Positions 63,374 to 64,000 of a stretch of DNA of 64,000 nucleotides are shown in pieces. The notes beneath the pieces are model-generated. The model was not told the origin of the DNA, did no database searches, and worked only from the letters and a program-made list of their open reading frames with translations. The DNA comes from Hormiphora californensis (taxonomy: Eukaryota > Animalia > Ctenophora). Location of the stretch: positions 5,146,001-5,210,000 of the forward strand of contig CM035353.1 of assembly GCA_020137815.1 (NCBI GenBank), written 5' to 3'. A program made the position numbers and the translations under genes. Positions within the stretch are counted from its first letter, which is position 1; every line of letters begins with the position of its first letter.

Positions 63374-63575
63374 AGATTGACAAGATACCTAAAATTTTTC
63401 GTCTATCGTATTTTTTTTCGATTTATCATTAATTTTAAGCATTTTTCAGAACTTTTTATCGTCTAGAAATATGTGCAAAATAGGGGGTCTACTGATAAAT
63501 GAGAGGCACAATTTAAAAATTGATAACGTAATATCTCCTGTTCCTGATTAGATAGAGAAACCGTTTCGGTAGGGT
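63374..63575. mobile_element. Partial copy of the 20918-21370 TTAA MITE family
   Basis: ttaa|agattgacaagatacctaaaa, continuing with similarity to that family. Confidence 0.75.
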
Positions 63576-64000
63576 GGAGACACACTGAAGTTGGCCGGCG
63601 CACTCGTTCAAATCTCAACCGCCATTATAATTTTTGACTGAGAAATAATTTGCAAGAGGCTTATTTCTTTACTGGTACATCTCTCGAAGTGTTCTTTATC
63701 CAAACAGAGTCAATATCACCGTTTTCGGTATTTTCGCCGAATTTGGACAGACTCAGTAGACTCAGTTAGGATAATAGTAGAGTCGATAAGAACACTCACC
63801 TCCTCCGATTTCAGTGAAACTTCTCACATGCTAACATATGATAATGGAGGTACAAATACCGCTTATTTTAGGTCCGAAAAACTTTTGGTTCGTTAATTAT
63901 CGCTAATTGAAAAACGCCAAAAATGGGCTAAAATGGCCCTTAAGGTGGATTTGAAATTTTGGAGTTGGAACTCCAGACTTCGTACAGGTGTCCGCTAGGA

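Overview
Eukaryotic (invertebrate-like) genomic DNA: spliceosomal GT-AG introns, microsatellites, and very dense, often nested, transposable elements. The organism cannot be fixed from the sequence. One clearly intact host gene is present: a TRPA-family ankyrin/6-TM channel. It is best modelled as three exons (50256/50313-50321, 50443-50988, 60229-63033; ~1119 aa from ATG 50313), with an N-terminal ankyrin block produced by in-frame internal duplication and a 9.2-kb intron built from nested TEs. Other coding sequences are an uncharacterised spliced gene (-, ~4539-5762), a PR/SET (PRDM-like) pseudogene, a sulfotransferase fragment, a RAG1/Transib-like fragment, hAT-like and CACTA-like transposase relics, a reconstructable 1329-aa APE-RT-RNaseH LINE broken only by two MITEs, a 5'-truncated CR1/L2-type LINE, and a tRNA-derived SINE. 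Many MITE families are identified by their TIRs and TSDs (TA, TTAA, 8 bp, 9 bp). The most unusual object is 56800-58563: a non-coding, almost perfectly homogeneous concatemer of a 487-nt unit. The unit folds, with plus-strand G-U bias and a cUUCGg loop, into a branched viroid-like structure. It is inserted with a 13-bp TSD and a 5' inversion, which suggests a retrotransposed circular or concatemeric RNA (retrozyme- or retroviroid-like), yet I could recognise no canonical ribozyme in it.
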